Part shown: positions 23,787 to 38,880 of the stretch, piece by piece
Position numbering within the stretch: the first letter of the stretch is position 1
How the letters are laid out: each line of letters opens with the position of its first letter
NCBI RefSeq assembly: GCF_009914755.1
Contig: NC_060932.1
Origin: the human T2T-CHM13v2.0 reference genome, Homo sapiens
DNA: 64,000 nucleotides
Strand: one strand, 5' to 3'
Program-made: the position numbers and the translations under genes
Notes under the pieces: model-generated
What the model was told of the DNA's origin: nothing
Database searches by the model: none
The model's input: the letters and a program-made list of their open reading frames with translations, nothing else

Positions 23787-24087
<301 letters not shown>

Positions 24088-24646
24088 GCCAAAGACCTTA
24101 ACTGATACCTCATCAAAGAAAATATATAGATTACAAGTAAGTGTATGAAAAGATGCTCCACATCATATATCATCAGGGAAAATTAAATTAAAACAACAGT
24201 AAGATACCACTACACACCTATTTGAATGGCCAAAACCCAGAACACTGCAAACACCAAATACTGATAAAGTTGTGAAGCAGAAGGAACTCTTTTTCACTGC
24301 TGGTGGAGATGCAAAATGGTACAGCCACTTGGAAAAACAGTTTGGCACTTTTTCATAAAACTAAACATACTCCTACCAGGTGATCTATCAGTCATACTAC
24401 TTGGTATTTACCAAAAGGAGTTGAAAACATATCAATACAAAAACCTGAAAATTGATGTTTATAGCAGCTCTATTCATAATTGCCAAAATTTGGAAGCAAC
24501 CAAATTGTTCTTCAGTAGGTGAATGGATAAATTGTGTAACATCCAGACAATGGACTGTTATTCAGCACTAAAAAGAAATGAGCTATCAAGCCATGAAAAG
24601 ACATGGAGGAATATTAAACACATATTACTCATGAAAGAAGCTATCT

Positions 24647-27600
24647 TCACAACAAAATTGACAGTGCACTAGCAAAACTAATAAAGAAGAAAAGAAGAAT
24701 CAAATAGACGCAATAAAAAAAGATAAAGAGGATAGCACCACCGATCCCACAGAAATACAAACTACCATCAGAGAATACTATGAATGCCTCTACACAAATA
24801 AACTAGAATATCTAGAAGAAATGAATAAATTCCTGGACACATACACCCTCCCAAGACTAAACCACGAAGAAGTTGAATGTCTGAATAGACCAATAACAGG
24901 CTCTGAAATTGAGGCAATAATTAATAGCCTACCAGCCAAAAAAAGTCCAGGACCAGACAGATTCACAGCTGAAATATACCACAGGTACAAAGAGGAGCTG
25001 GTTCCATTCCTTCTGAAACTATTCCAATCAATAGAAAAAGAAGGAATCCTCCCTAACTCATTTTATGAGGCCAGCATCATCCTGATACCAAAGCCTGGCA
25101 GAGACACAACAAAAAAAGAGAATTTTAGACCAATATCCCTGATGAACATCAATGTGAAAATCCTCAATAAAATACTGACAAATTGAATCCAGCAGCACAT
25201 CAAAAAGCTTATCCACCACAATCAAGTCGGCTTCATCCCTGGGATGCAAGGCTGGTTCAACATATGCAAATCAGTAAACGTAATCCATCACATAAACAGA
25301 ACCAATGACAAAAACCATGTGATTATCTCAATAGATGCAGAAAAGGCCTTTGACAAGATTCAACAGTCATTAATGCTAAAAACTCTCAATAAACTAGGTA
25401 TTGATAGAACATATCTCAAAATAATAAGAGCTATTTATGACAAACCCACAGCCAATATCATACTACATGGCTGGAAACTGGAAGCATTCCCTTTGAAAAC
25501 TGGCACAAGACAGGGATGTCGTCTCTCACACCACTCCTATTCAACATAGTGTTGGAAGTTCTGGCCAGGGCAATCAGGCAAGAGAAAGAAATAAAGGGTA
25601 TTCAATTAGGAAAAAAGGAAGTCAAATTGTCTCTGTTTGCAGATGACATGATTGTAAATTTAGAAAACCCCATTGTTTCAGCCCAAAATCTCCTTAAGCT
25701 GATAAGCAACTTCAGCAAAGTCTCAGGATACAAAATCAATATGCAAAAATCACAAGCATTCCTATACACCAATAACAGACAGAGAGTCAAATCATGAGTG
25801 AGCCCCCATTCACAATTGCTTCAAAGAGAATAAAATACCTAGGAATCCAACTTACAAGGGATGTGAAGGACCTCTTCAAGGAGAACTACAAATCACTGCT
25901 CAACAAAATAAAAGAGGACACAAGCAAATGGAAGGGCATTCCATGCTCATGGATAGGAAGAATCAATATCGTGAAAATGGCCATACTGCCCAAGGTAATT
26001 TATAGATTCAGTGCCATCCCCATCAAGCTACCAATGACTTTCTTCACAGAATTGGAAAAAACTACTTTAAAGTTCATATGGAACCCAAAAAGAGCCCACA
26101 TTGCCAAGATAATCCTAAGCAAAAAGAGCAAAGCTGGAGACATCACGCTACCTGACTTCAAACTATACTACAAGGCTACAGTAACCAAAACACCATGGTA
26201 CTGGTACCAAAACAGAGATATAGACAAATGGAACAGAACAGAGGCCTCAGAAATAACACCACACATCTACAACCATCTGATCTTTGACAAACCTGACAAA
26301 AACCAGAAATGGGGAAAGGATTCCTTATTTAATAAACGGTGCTGGGAAAACTGGCTAGCCATATGTAGAAAGCTGAAACTGGATCCCTTCCTTACATCTT
26401 ATACAAAAATTAATTTAAGATAGATTAAAGATTTACATGTTAGACCTAAAACCATAAAAATCCTAGAAGAAAACCTAGGCAATAATATTCAGGACTTTTA
26501 TGGTTTTTAGGTCTAACATGTAAATCTTTAATCCATCTTGAATTAATTTTTGTATAAGGTGTAAGGAAGGGATCGATCCAGTTTCAGCTTTCTACATATG
26601 GCTAGCCAGTTTTCCCAGCACCGTTTATTAAATAAGGAATCCTTTCCCCATTTCTGGTTTTTGTCAGGTTTGTCAAAGATCAGATGGTTGTAGATGTGTG
26701 GTGTTATTTCTGAGGCCTCTGTTCTGTTCCATTTGTCTATATCTCTGTTTTGGTACCAGTACCATGCTGTTTTGGTTACTGTAGCCTTGTAGTATAGTTT
26801 GAAGTCAGGTAGCATGATGCCTCCAGCTTTGTTCTTTTGGCTTAGGATTGACTTGGTGATGCGGGCTCTTTCTTGGTTCCATATGAACTTTAAAGTAGTT
26901 TTTTCCAATTCTGTGAAGAAAGTCATTGGTATCATGATGGAGATGGCATTGAATCTATAAATTACCTTGGGCAGTATGGCCATTTTCACGATATTGATTC
27001 TTCCTACCCATGAGCATGTTCTCACTCATAGGTGGGAATTGAACAATGAGAACACATGGACACAGGAAAGGGATAATCACACTCCGGGGACTGTTGTTGG
27101 GTGGGGGGAGGGGGGAGGGAGAGCATTAGGAGATATACCTAATGCTAAATGATGAGTTAATGGGTGCAGCACACCAACGTGGCACACATATACATATGTA
27201 ACAAACCTGCATATTGTGCACATGTACCCTAAAACTTAAAGTATAATAATAATAAAATTAAAAAAAGAAAAAAAAACATTCGTGACATAGGCATGGGCAA
27301 GGACTTCATGTCTAAAACACCAAAAGCAATGGCAACAAAAGCCAAAATTGACAAATGGGATCGCATTAAACTAAACAGCTTCTGCACAGCAAAAGAAACT
27401 ACCATCAGAGTGAACAGGCAACCTACAGAATGGGAGAAAAATTTTTGCAATCTACCCATCTGAGAAAGGGCTAATATCCAGAATCTACAAAGAACTTAAA
27501 CAAATTTACAAGAAAAAGCAAACAACCCCGTCAAAAAGTAGGCAAAGGATATGAACAGACACTTCTCAAAAGAAGACATTTATGCAGCCAACACACACAT

Positions 27601-28362
27601 GAAAAAATGCTCATCATCACTGGTCATCAGAGAAATGCAAATCAAAATGACAATGAGATGTCATCTCACACCAGTTAGAATGGCGATCATTAAAAAGCCA
27701 GGAAACAACAGATGCTGGGGAGGATGTGCAGAAATAGCAATGCTTTTACACTGTTGGTGGGGGTGTAAATTAGTTCAACCATTGTGAAAGACAGTGTGGC
27801 GATTCCTCAAGGATCTAGTACTAGAAATACATTTGACGCAGCCATCTCATTACTGGGTATATACCCAAAGGATTATAAGTCATTCTACTATAAAGACACA
27901 TGAACATGTATGTTTATTGTGGCACTATTCACAATAGAAAAGACTTGGAACCAACCCAAATGTCCATCAATGATAGACTGGATTAAGAAAATGTGGCACA
28001 TATACACCATGGAAGACTATGCAGCCATAAAAAATGATGAGTTCTTGTCCTTTGCAGGGACATGGATGAAGCTGGAAACCATCATTCTCAGCAAACTATC
28101 ACAAGGACAGAAAACCAAACACCGCATATTCTTACTCATAGGTGAGAATTGAACAATGAGAACAGTTGGACACAGGATGGGGAACATCACACACTGGGGC
28201 CTGTCGGGGACTGGGGGTCTGGGGGAGGGATAGCATTAAGATAAATACCTAATGTAAATGATGAGTTGATGGGTGCAGCAAACCAACATGGCACATGCAT
28301 ACCTATGTAACAAACCTGCACGTTGTGCACATGTACCCTAGAACTTTAATTAAAAAAAAAAA
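24647..28362 (+). mobile_element. L1 'B': L1PA6-like, 5'-truncated, interrupted by L1 'C'
   Basis: ORF2 RT fragments, 3'UTR, poly(A); TSD gaaagaagctatct / gaaagacgctatct. Confidence 0.95.
26496..27274 (+). mobile_element. L1 'C': L1PA4-like, 5'-inverted insertion nested in L1 'B' (antisense ORF2 26496-27018, sense 3'UTR 27014-27274)
   Basis: Own poly(A); degenerate TSD aatattcaggac / aacattcgtgac; 5-nt junction microhomology GCATG; 3'UTR differs from that of B. Confidence 0.85.
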
Positions 28363-29490
28363 GAAAGACGCTATCTGAAAAGGCAACACACTGTATGATT
28401 CCCACTGTACAACATTCCAAAAAAGGAAAAACTATGAAATGAAAAGATCAGTAGTTGTCAGGTGTTGGTGAGAAGTAGTGGAAGGAGGAGAAGGATGAAT
28501 AGGTTGAGCAGAGGATTTTTAGGGCAGTGAAATTATTCTCTATGATACTATAATGATGAATACAGGTTATTATACGTTTGTCCAAACCCATAGAAAGTAC
28601 AACCCCTACAGAGAACCTCAAAGTAAGCTATACACCTTGCATGATTATTATGTGTCAATATAGATTTCTCAGTCACAACAAATGTACTATTCCGGTGAAG
28701 GATGTTGATAATGGGACAGGCTATGTATGTGTAGGACTAAGGGGAGAAATTCCTATTCTTACCTCTCAATTTTTCTGTGTACCTAAAACTGCTTTTAAAA
28801 TATCTTATAAAAATCTATTATTCTTGCTTATTCCAACTATGCACAACTGGAATTTGAAATTAAAAGCAAAATCTCATTTACATGAGCATCAAAAAATAAA
28901 ATCAGTGGGATCTAACAAAATGTTTGTAAAGTCTATATGTGAAAAATTACAAAACTCTGATGAAAGAAATCAAATAAGATTTAAATAAATTGAGAGATAT
29001 TCCATGTTCATGAATTGAAAGACTCCACTTTAGGATGTTAATTTTTCCTAATTTGATCTATAAATTCAACACAATTCCAATCAATATCCCAGGAAAGTAG
29101 TTAGTAAAGATTGGCAAACTGATACTAAAATTTATATGGAAAAACAAATAAAAAGCAGAATAGCCAACATAATACTAAGGAAGAAGTACAAAGTTGGAAG
29201 CCTGACATTATCCAACTTCAGAACTTACTATAAAACTACGCTGATCAAGATTTTATGAAACTACTGAATGGTGAATGGAATAGAATGGAATCCCAGAAAC
29301 AGAACCACACATATATTGCAATGGTGCAAAGGTAATTTAATGGATCAACAATAGTCTTTGCAACAAACGGTGCTGGAAAAATTGTACATTCATATGAAAA
29401 AAAGAGAATCTAGACATGGACCCTACAACTTTCGTTAAAACGAACTCAAAATGGATCATAGACCTAAAAGTAAGATGTAAAATTAAGTGT
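28363..29490 (+). mobile_element. Continuation of the L1MC-like 3' end, then a further L1M ORF2 fragment
   Basis: ctgtatgattcc..., tttgtccaaacccatagaa... and degenerate ORF2 text. Confidence 0.7.
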
Positions 29491-32400
29491 AAGATTAGAG
29501 CAGCTGACATCTAAGATTTCTCTGGAAATCAATCCCATGGTACATGCTGGAGGAACCCTGGGAACTTTAATGTGGGAAGTCCTCCACTGGCAACTCAATC
29601 GGCCCTGAGCCCTTCCAAATCCAATTGTGGGCCAGTCATATCCCAGATGCTTTTCATAGTCTGTGGCTAAGCAGAAGAGCAGAATGATTCTAGGCAGAGG
29701 TAGGATTGGGCAGGCCATGGTCATTATTCAGGGACAGTTGAGCACTTCCCATCATTTCTCCTCTTTCGCTGACCTAGATAAAGTTTCTCTCAAACAGTGG
29801 TGTATGTGTATTTTATGCATACTCTCTATGGTACAACCATCATTGCATTGTCCCACGGAGGAATACGGTCACTGCATGACCTCACTAGGACATATAATTC
29901 AGCAATGTAACCTCACTGCTCATAACTCTTTTATCAATATAAATTAGTTTCTTATTTGATATTCCTCTTATCTTATCAGAGAAGGGGCCACCAATGGCAT
30001 TCAAGGCAAGAAGGAGAAAAATGTAACTGCGTATCTCACTCAAGTGCCACTGATTCTGCTCTGGGACTTACCCTGTATTGCCCTTTTGGATTTGTCACAA
30101 TAATAAGCCCATTTTTTTCTTGCCCCTATAGGTGCCAGTCCCTCAAAATATGGTCACTGCAACCTCTAGGGGACAGGGAAATCAGGGTCTGTTCTCAGGT
30201 AGGGATATGAATAATCCAGTCTCTCACTTAGCCTCTTCTGCTCTTTGCCCCTTAAATCTAATGAGTATCTAAATCCTATTATTGCCTTCTGAACAAAGGT
30301 TTTTCAAATCCAGTAGTTAATTTTTTCAGAAATTCTCCTTATAAGTCAGACAGTTATACCTCTGTAAGAAGAGTCTCTTAAAATATCATTTTTATCATTT
30401 TCTACTCTGCACATTTTCTACCCTGTGCAAATATTTTCATTTACTCTAGAGGGCTAGAATCAGTGTTCAAACTGTTTAACCTTGTATTCATGGTTTACTG
30501 CTGTAACTTTATTAGCTTACTGCCTACAGACCTTTATATGAATTCTCTAATCTGGACAAATATCAATCATCAAAAGCACCATAGACTTCAGAAATCACCC
30601 AGCCTTCCTTGAGCTCACAAGTCCCAAGTTGGCCTCTCTCCCCAACTACTATCATTGAATTATTATCTACATAAATCACAAAGCTGAGAAACATATGAGC
30701 CTTGTGATTTATCTAATTTGAAAATAAATAGAGGCAAGACCTCAAGTAGCAGTAGAATCTGCACACACTATCTCCAAGAAGAAATGGACTATAAACAAAG
30801 GTTAGAACTCAGAATGACTTTTTGAAAATCTCAATTTCTTGTCAATTTTCTAGTACATTGCCTTATATTAGTAAACTTTTTCCAAGCAATGATGAGTGGA
30901 AAGACTCCAAATCATATTTAGGGTCTTTATAAACACTATTATAAAGCTTAGACCAAATGTCACTAAGTCTCTGTGCCTTTCCCTGATGCTTTCCCATCAG
31001 CAAAAATCACGGGCTCTCTCATCCATGTCCCCTCAGAGCACCTTCCCACACTACTATTTAAGTTTACATCCCCCAGTTTCCTTTCCGTGTGTTCATAATA
31101 ATCTGTGTATTCCTCATGGCAGTAAAATCCATTTTTTAGCCTCTTTTTGGTTCTTTGGAAAGGTGATTATCTTAGAAAAAATTATCGCTTCTTCCAGTAT
31201 TCTCCAACCTCCAATAAAGGAAGAGAGTCTGGCTCTGCCATCTGTTGCTTGTATTATATGGCTGTAATAATGTGTGGAACATAGAAAGGAAATTAAGGAA
31301 TTCATAGGTATAATATGCCTAGTTTCAAAGTAAAAGACGTGAATGTATTTTAAATGGAAGGAGAAACTAATGATGAAACACAATCCATTATTAACAAAAA
31401 GGTTTAGGAAGGGAGGCATTCCACCAAAGTATGTGTAAAAGTTCCTCTGACTTCTGTAGCAGACTTCTGAGGCTCCCTTTCTCCCAGACAATATTACAGA
31501 AGAGCCGAAAAGTAGGGCAGAGAGATAGGTCTGGCACAACTGCATAAAAGCTCCTGAGGCCAATCAGAGAACTACCCAAGGTCATTTATTCACATGAAAT
31601 TACGTGAGGGTTTATTTTCTCTGTTTTATTTTTTCTGAAAATTGAGAAAAACACTTTGGGCAATCTTTCTTAGCATTAGGAATTAAATTTGAGAATTAAC
31701 TTTACATGAACCCAAACATATATGGTATCCCATCTTAAATACAACAAATCTTTATTGATGTTCATCTGAGACTCTTCCTTTCTATCCTATCCCCTTCCTC
31801 CACTTACCTAACCCTGAACATTAGCCCACTGGGTTCTCACCACTGCTTTTATATATATTTCTTTCATAGCTCATATCACATTTTGTTTTAATTATTTGTA
31901 TATACTTGTGTTTTCTATACTGCATTATGAAAATAATTAAATGTTCAAAACTTCAGAATAAATCTGATTTAACACATAGAAGACATACAAGGCTATTTGT
32001 TCTCTCATTTATGTATATTTCATTGATTCATTCACCTAATTTGTCAGATGTCATTAGTATCAAAAATTCCCAGATTAAAGGCCAGGTACCCATCATTTTT
32101 CAGTTCCACAAGTCATTTTCTTATGTGTGTTTCTCCCTGATAGAGACAACATGCATTTTGTAGTTCTAATTGAGCTGGTAAGATTTTCATTTCTCTCCCC
32201 TCTCCCACCTCATTCTAGACTCAGGAGAGATTTACAGATCTTATAGGTAAAATACATATTGCCTTTTTCTTTTTTGTATTAGCTTCATTGGAACCTGTCA
32301 AATAATTTAAGAAGAAGACTTAAAAACTCCTAGATCTTTTGATTAGGCAATTGTAGAAGACATTTAACATATTATTAATCATTTTATCAAATAGCATGTT

Positions 32401-32799
32401 ATAAACAGTCATAAACTAGAAGGAGCAGGATGTTATATTCTGCTGAGAATACTATTTTTTGATAACAGGTAAACACCCACTACATTATTAGGGCTACAAT
32501 CTAAACACAGTTATCTGCTACACTCAGATCCTTGATTTAATGGTAGAACTATCATCCCACAAACAGCATTACTCTCTAAGCTGCAATATTTAATTTTTCC
32601 ATATTCAGATCCCACAACAGATTAGTTGTGTTTACACTATAAAGTAATGAAATGGATGTTTTAGCAAGCATATCCCAATATATGCATTCAAATATGTGTC
32701 GCCACTGAAAATAAGTCATCTTGAGATATTTGTATTTCAAGAATGTTTGTTTTCCCACAAACACTTATTATGGAAATAATAGAGGTAAGTTTAAGTTAG

Positions 32800-33780
32800 G
32801 GTGATAAAAAAAGGAAGAAGTAATTAATTTTATTTAGATTTTTGAGAAAAATTTCAGAGAAAGGCTGGCATTCATGTATGGCCTTAAAAGATAAATTAAT
32901 GTTTTTCCCTGAGGCCCATGCAAAAGAGAATTATGAAAAGAAGAAGGAGCCAGCCAAGATAATTATCAGTGGTTTAGTGTGACTCTGTGAGAAGAAGGGT
33001 GAAAAGCTGAAGGAGATAAAAGAGATAGGGTTCAACAGGTAAGCAAAAAAAAGGGGGTTCCATGGTGTAATGGTTAGCATTCTGGACTCTGAATCCAATA
33101 GGTAAGCAAAGGCAAACTCACTGAAGGCATCATATGTAATGCAAAGAACACATAAAAGACTGGCACAATGGGATTTGCATTCAAAACAATTATTCTGGTT
33201 ATAATCTGGAGGACAGATTACAGAAGTCTGAGGCTGGAGGAAAGACCAGTTCAGAGACAAGTGAGAGCTGAATTATTACAGTCAAAGCAAGGATTGATTT
33301 GATAATTATTTAGAAGATAGAATTAATGAGAGTTGGTGACATGGCACATAAAGACTCCTACAGAGTTGGAGGGGTGTAGGATGACTTGAGTTTCTGGCTT
33401 GTGTGATTGGATGGGTAGTGATGCTGTTAGCTAGATAAAGGAATATAGAAATGGGTCATATGTGGGGAAAGAGTACACAGATTTGAAGATGTTCAGCTCT
33501 ACGTGAGTGTGAAATTTTTCAACTGAATCTGATTGCAAGAGACTTATCAATCCTAGTTATATAAATATATAAATAATGAGGATATGAGTGGTAAAGGAAA
33601 CCATGAAATAGACAAATCCACCCAGAATACATATAAAGATAAGAAGGGAAAGCCAAGAAGGGATTGGAAGAGAAGGACAGTATTGCAAAGCAGACAAAGA
33701 AGTCGGGGGTAGGAGGAGATTCAGCAGCATTGCGTCTTAAAAGCCAAGGGGAAAAATTTCAAGAAAAAAAGAAGTGGCAG
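32800..33780 (-). mobile_element. Diverged L2 fragments
   Basis: Purine-rich text with gtttctggcttg...ggatgggtagtgatgc motif typical of antisense L2. Confidence 0.5.
33056..33097 (+). pseudogene. Tailless retrocopy of the 5' 42 nt of tRNA-Gln(CTG)
   Basis: GGTTCCATGGTGTAATGGTTAGCAtTCTGGACTCTGAATCCA has 1 mismatch to the recalled tRNA-Gln-CTG 5' part; flanked by aacaggtaagcaaa / aataggtaagcaaa. Confidence 0.9.
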
Positions 33781-34789
33781 GGAAAAGGAAAAATTACTAA
33801 GCAATATGTTATGTGTTTTATTCTATGCTATTTTATCTAATTTTCAAAACAAGCCTGTAAAGTAAGCATTTCCCATGCAACAGGTGGATAAAGTAGGACA
33901 ACTTGCTCAAGATCAACAGTCAGCAATTTGTGGAATCAGGTTTGGACTGAGGTCCACCTGTCTCCAGGACACACGAATGCTATATAAAAGGAAAGAGAGG
34001 CAGAAGTACACTGTATGTGATAATTAGGGTATCATCAGTAGAGTGACCAGATAACAGTGGAAGTGAGGAAGTAGGTTTGGTGAACACTGACTTCATCGTC
34101 AAAAAGCTTGGTTTATGGGTTTTAGTGAAAGAAGATCCTAGAGCTAAGGGACTTTATTTTTCCAAAACAAGAGGAACTTTGTCATATTGATGAGAAAGAA
34201 CCAATAGAAAGAAAGAAGTTACAGTTGCAGAATAAAGATAAGTGCACATGGTCTTTAAGGAGATGGGATGAATTGGGGTTTAGGACACAAGGTCAAAGAT
34301 TAGCCTCGAAACTGTACCTTCCTATGATCCTTAGCTTCAAGGGAAGTCACTAGAGCTATAATTCCAAATTGTGTTCTTCTCTAAGTGGGTTAGAGACATT
34401 CCACTAAAAAGGTGGAAGGGCTCATGGCCAAATGTTTTTTGGGAAATGCTGGCTAAAGATCCTTAGATCCTTTACTAAAGAACTTTACAGAGCCATTAAC
34501 ATATTAATGTGCATCACGAATATCCACAATAAGAAAACATAGTATTTCCCAAATATATTTAATCTCAGGAACTATTTATTTCCTTATGGAATTCACTGGT
34601 CTATAGGAAACAGTTTGAGAAATGTTACACCACAGTATTTGCATTCTAATTCTTCAGTGAAGAACTTTGCTATGGCAAAGTGACTCCTACCTCCCCCCAC
34701 AAAAAAACACATTTTTCTTGCACTAATTTTCAAATAAAAACTTTCCTCTGAGGGCTGAAGGAATCCAATATAGTATATTAAATTAATAT

Positions 34790-36050
34790 TTGGATTAGTT
34801 CCTTCTTATTCTTCCTCTGAGAAGCAGACACCCAAGACAAGTTTAGACATACCAGGGATATATCAAGGGAAATGCCTGCGAGGAAAAAAAAAAAGGTGGG
34901 GGAGGGGAGGAGGGTGAACTCATGAGACTGTGATACAGCTCTGACCCTTATGATGCAGAGAGAGGAAGAGAAGGCTGGTATGAAGAGTCTCAAACTACAG
35001 ATCAAACACAGTTTTGACCAGACCAATAAGGACTCCTGGAGCTAAAGTCACCCATTAGAGGGGTCCCACAGGAAGGATCTGTCTTAATATCCCTGCCAAC
35101 TCAGTCACAGGTAGAGAATGTCCTGTGGGAAGCGTGGCCTCCATACAAATGCAGTGGTAGAGTCATAGATTTGTGGTATGTTTTCATGAATGTCACAGTC
35201 TACCCTAAACTGCACCTCTTCCATGATTCCCATGACTCTCTTCTGGGAAGGAATATTTTGAAAGGGAATTTAGTGGGACAAACTACAGCCACCATTGCTG
35301 TAGCTGATCTCAGGGTCACAACCAGTATTCACCCCTTCCCTCCTCCAACAGTCATTCTAAATTCCCTTCATTCACAGTTACTACTCTGGCAGGTTGTAGT
35401 GACTTTCTTGATGGTATAACCCAAACCCATATCCCAAAAGAGTCTGAATCCTTGGTAATCACATCTTTTTTGGTCCAAAGTTGTTGCATGTGTTTGTTTA
35501 CACTTATGAAGGAGTGAAGATGTACCAGGAGGAATCAATGTCAATCACCTGACTTCCACATGTATTCCTCTGTATGCAAAAGCATGCTATGTCTTCCTGC
35601 TGATCAGCATCAATTACCTCTTCCAAAATGGTTACTTTTCCTCTTGTCTTTTGGTTCCTGGACACCAGGTATCTAAAGTCCCCTGGCAGCAGCCATAGCT
35701 TAATGTTCAATTAAGCCTTTCATGTGTCTGCTGGCAAGAGTGAGCCTCTTTGGGGAAACAGGCCTTCCAACCCTGCAGTGTGAAGACGTGTGGACAGCAA
35801 GCACACATTCCCTAGTCATCACCAAGAGTGATTGTAAGTGGGTCGCTCCTGCTCGTATCCTTTTTCTCCTGGACACGTACACCCTTTCTTTGTGAACAGA
35901 GCATCATGTAGAGGTCTCTGATGGCTTCCCATCTTTCCAAATTGTTCCTCTGAGCAGGCACTACAACTTTGCCTTTTGAAGGCCACGCCAGCATTCTAAG
36001 AGGCCATCAGCTTTTGAATGTTGTATCCATGGTACAATCTAAGGTTTTGG
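34790..36050 (-). mobile_element. ERVL-class LTR (LTR16-like) plus adjacent internal sequence
   Basis: gaagcagacacccaagacaag motif; minus-strand remnant GKVTILEEVIDADQQEDI resembles ERVL internal coding relics. Confidence 0.5.
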
Positions 36051-36299
36051 TGACAGAAAAAAAGCCACAATAACAACAAAAATTCAATATATGTATATGC
36101 CTATAGATATATTTTATTTTATGATCATGGAGAAAAATACAAAAGGATACATATTGTTAATGTCAGTTGTTTTGGAAGGGGATGAACTGTGGACAGGCAG
36201 GGCATGAAGGAAAGGGTAATAAAGAAACCACCAAAGGGTAGGGGGAATACTGCCCTAAAAAAACAAACAGTATATATAATGTAATCAACTTTTAAAATG

Positions 36300-38540
<2,241 letters not shown>

Positions 38541-38880
38541 ATGGATGCATATTAACAACATTTTGCTGACTGAAAGAAGTCAGGCCAAAAAAAGTACATA
38601 CTATAATAAGATTTCATTCGTATGAATTATGAAAACAGAGAAAACTAACTCCTAATGTTAGAAAATCAGGAGCGTGATTATTACCTCTTTAGTTAGATAG
38701 GGTTGACAGGAAATAACATGAGAGAATGCTTTGAGGTTACAGAAATGTTCTCTATCTTGGTTTGGGTGTTACTTATATGGGTATACGCACTTATTAAAAC
38801 TCATCAAGCTGTTTAAGTTCTGTTATGTCTTATTGAATAAAAAGTAATTTTGATTTTAAAATAAAAAATTAAAAAAAAGA
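38541..38880 (+). mobile_element. L1ME/MC-like 3' end
   Basis: atggatg...gaaagaagtcag...aatgttctctatcttg...aaaactcatcaagctgt motifs and A-tail. Confidence 0.7.
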
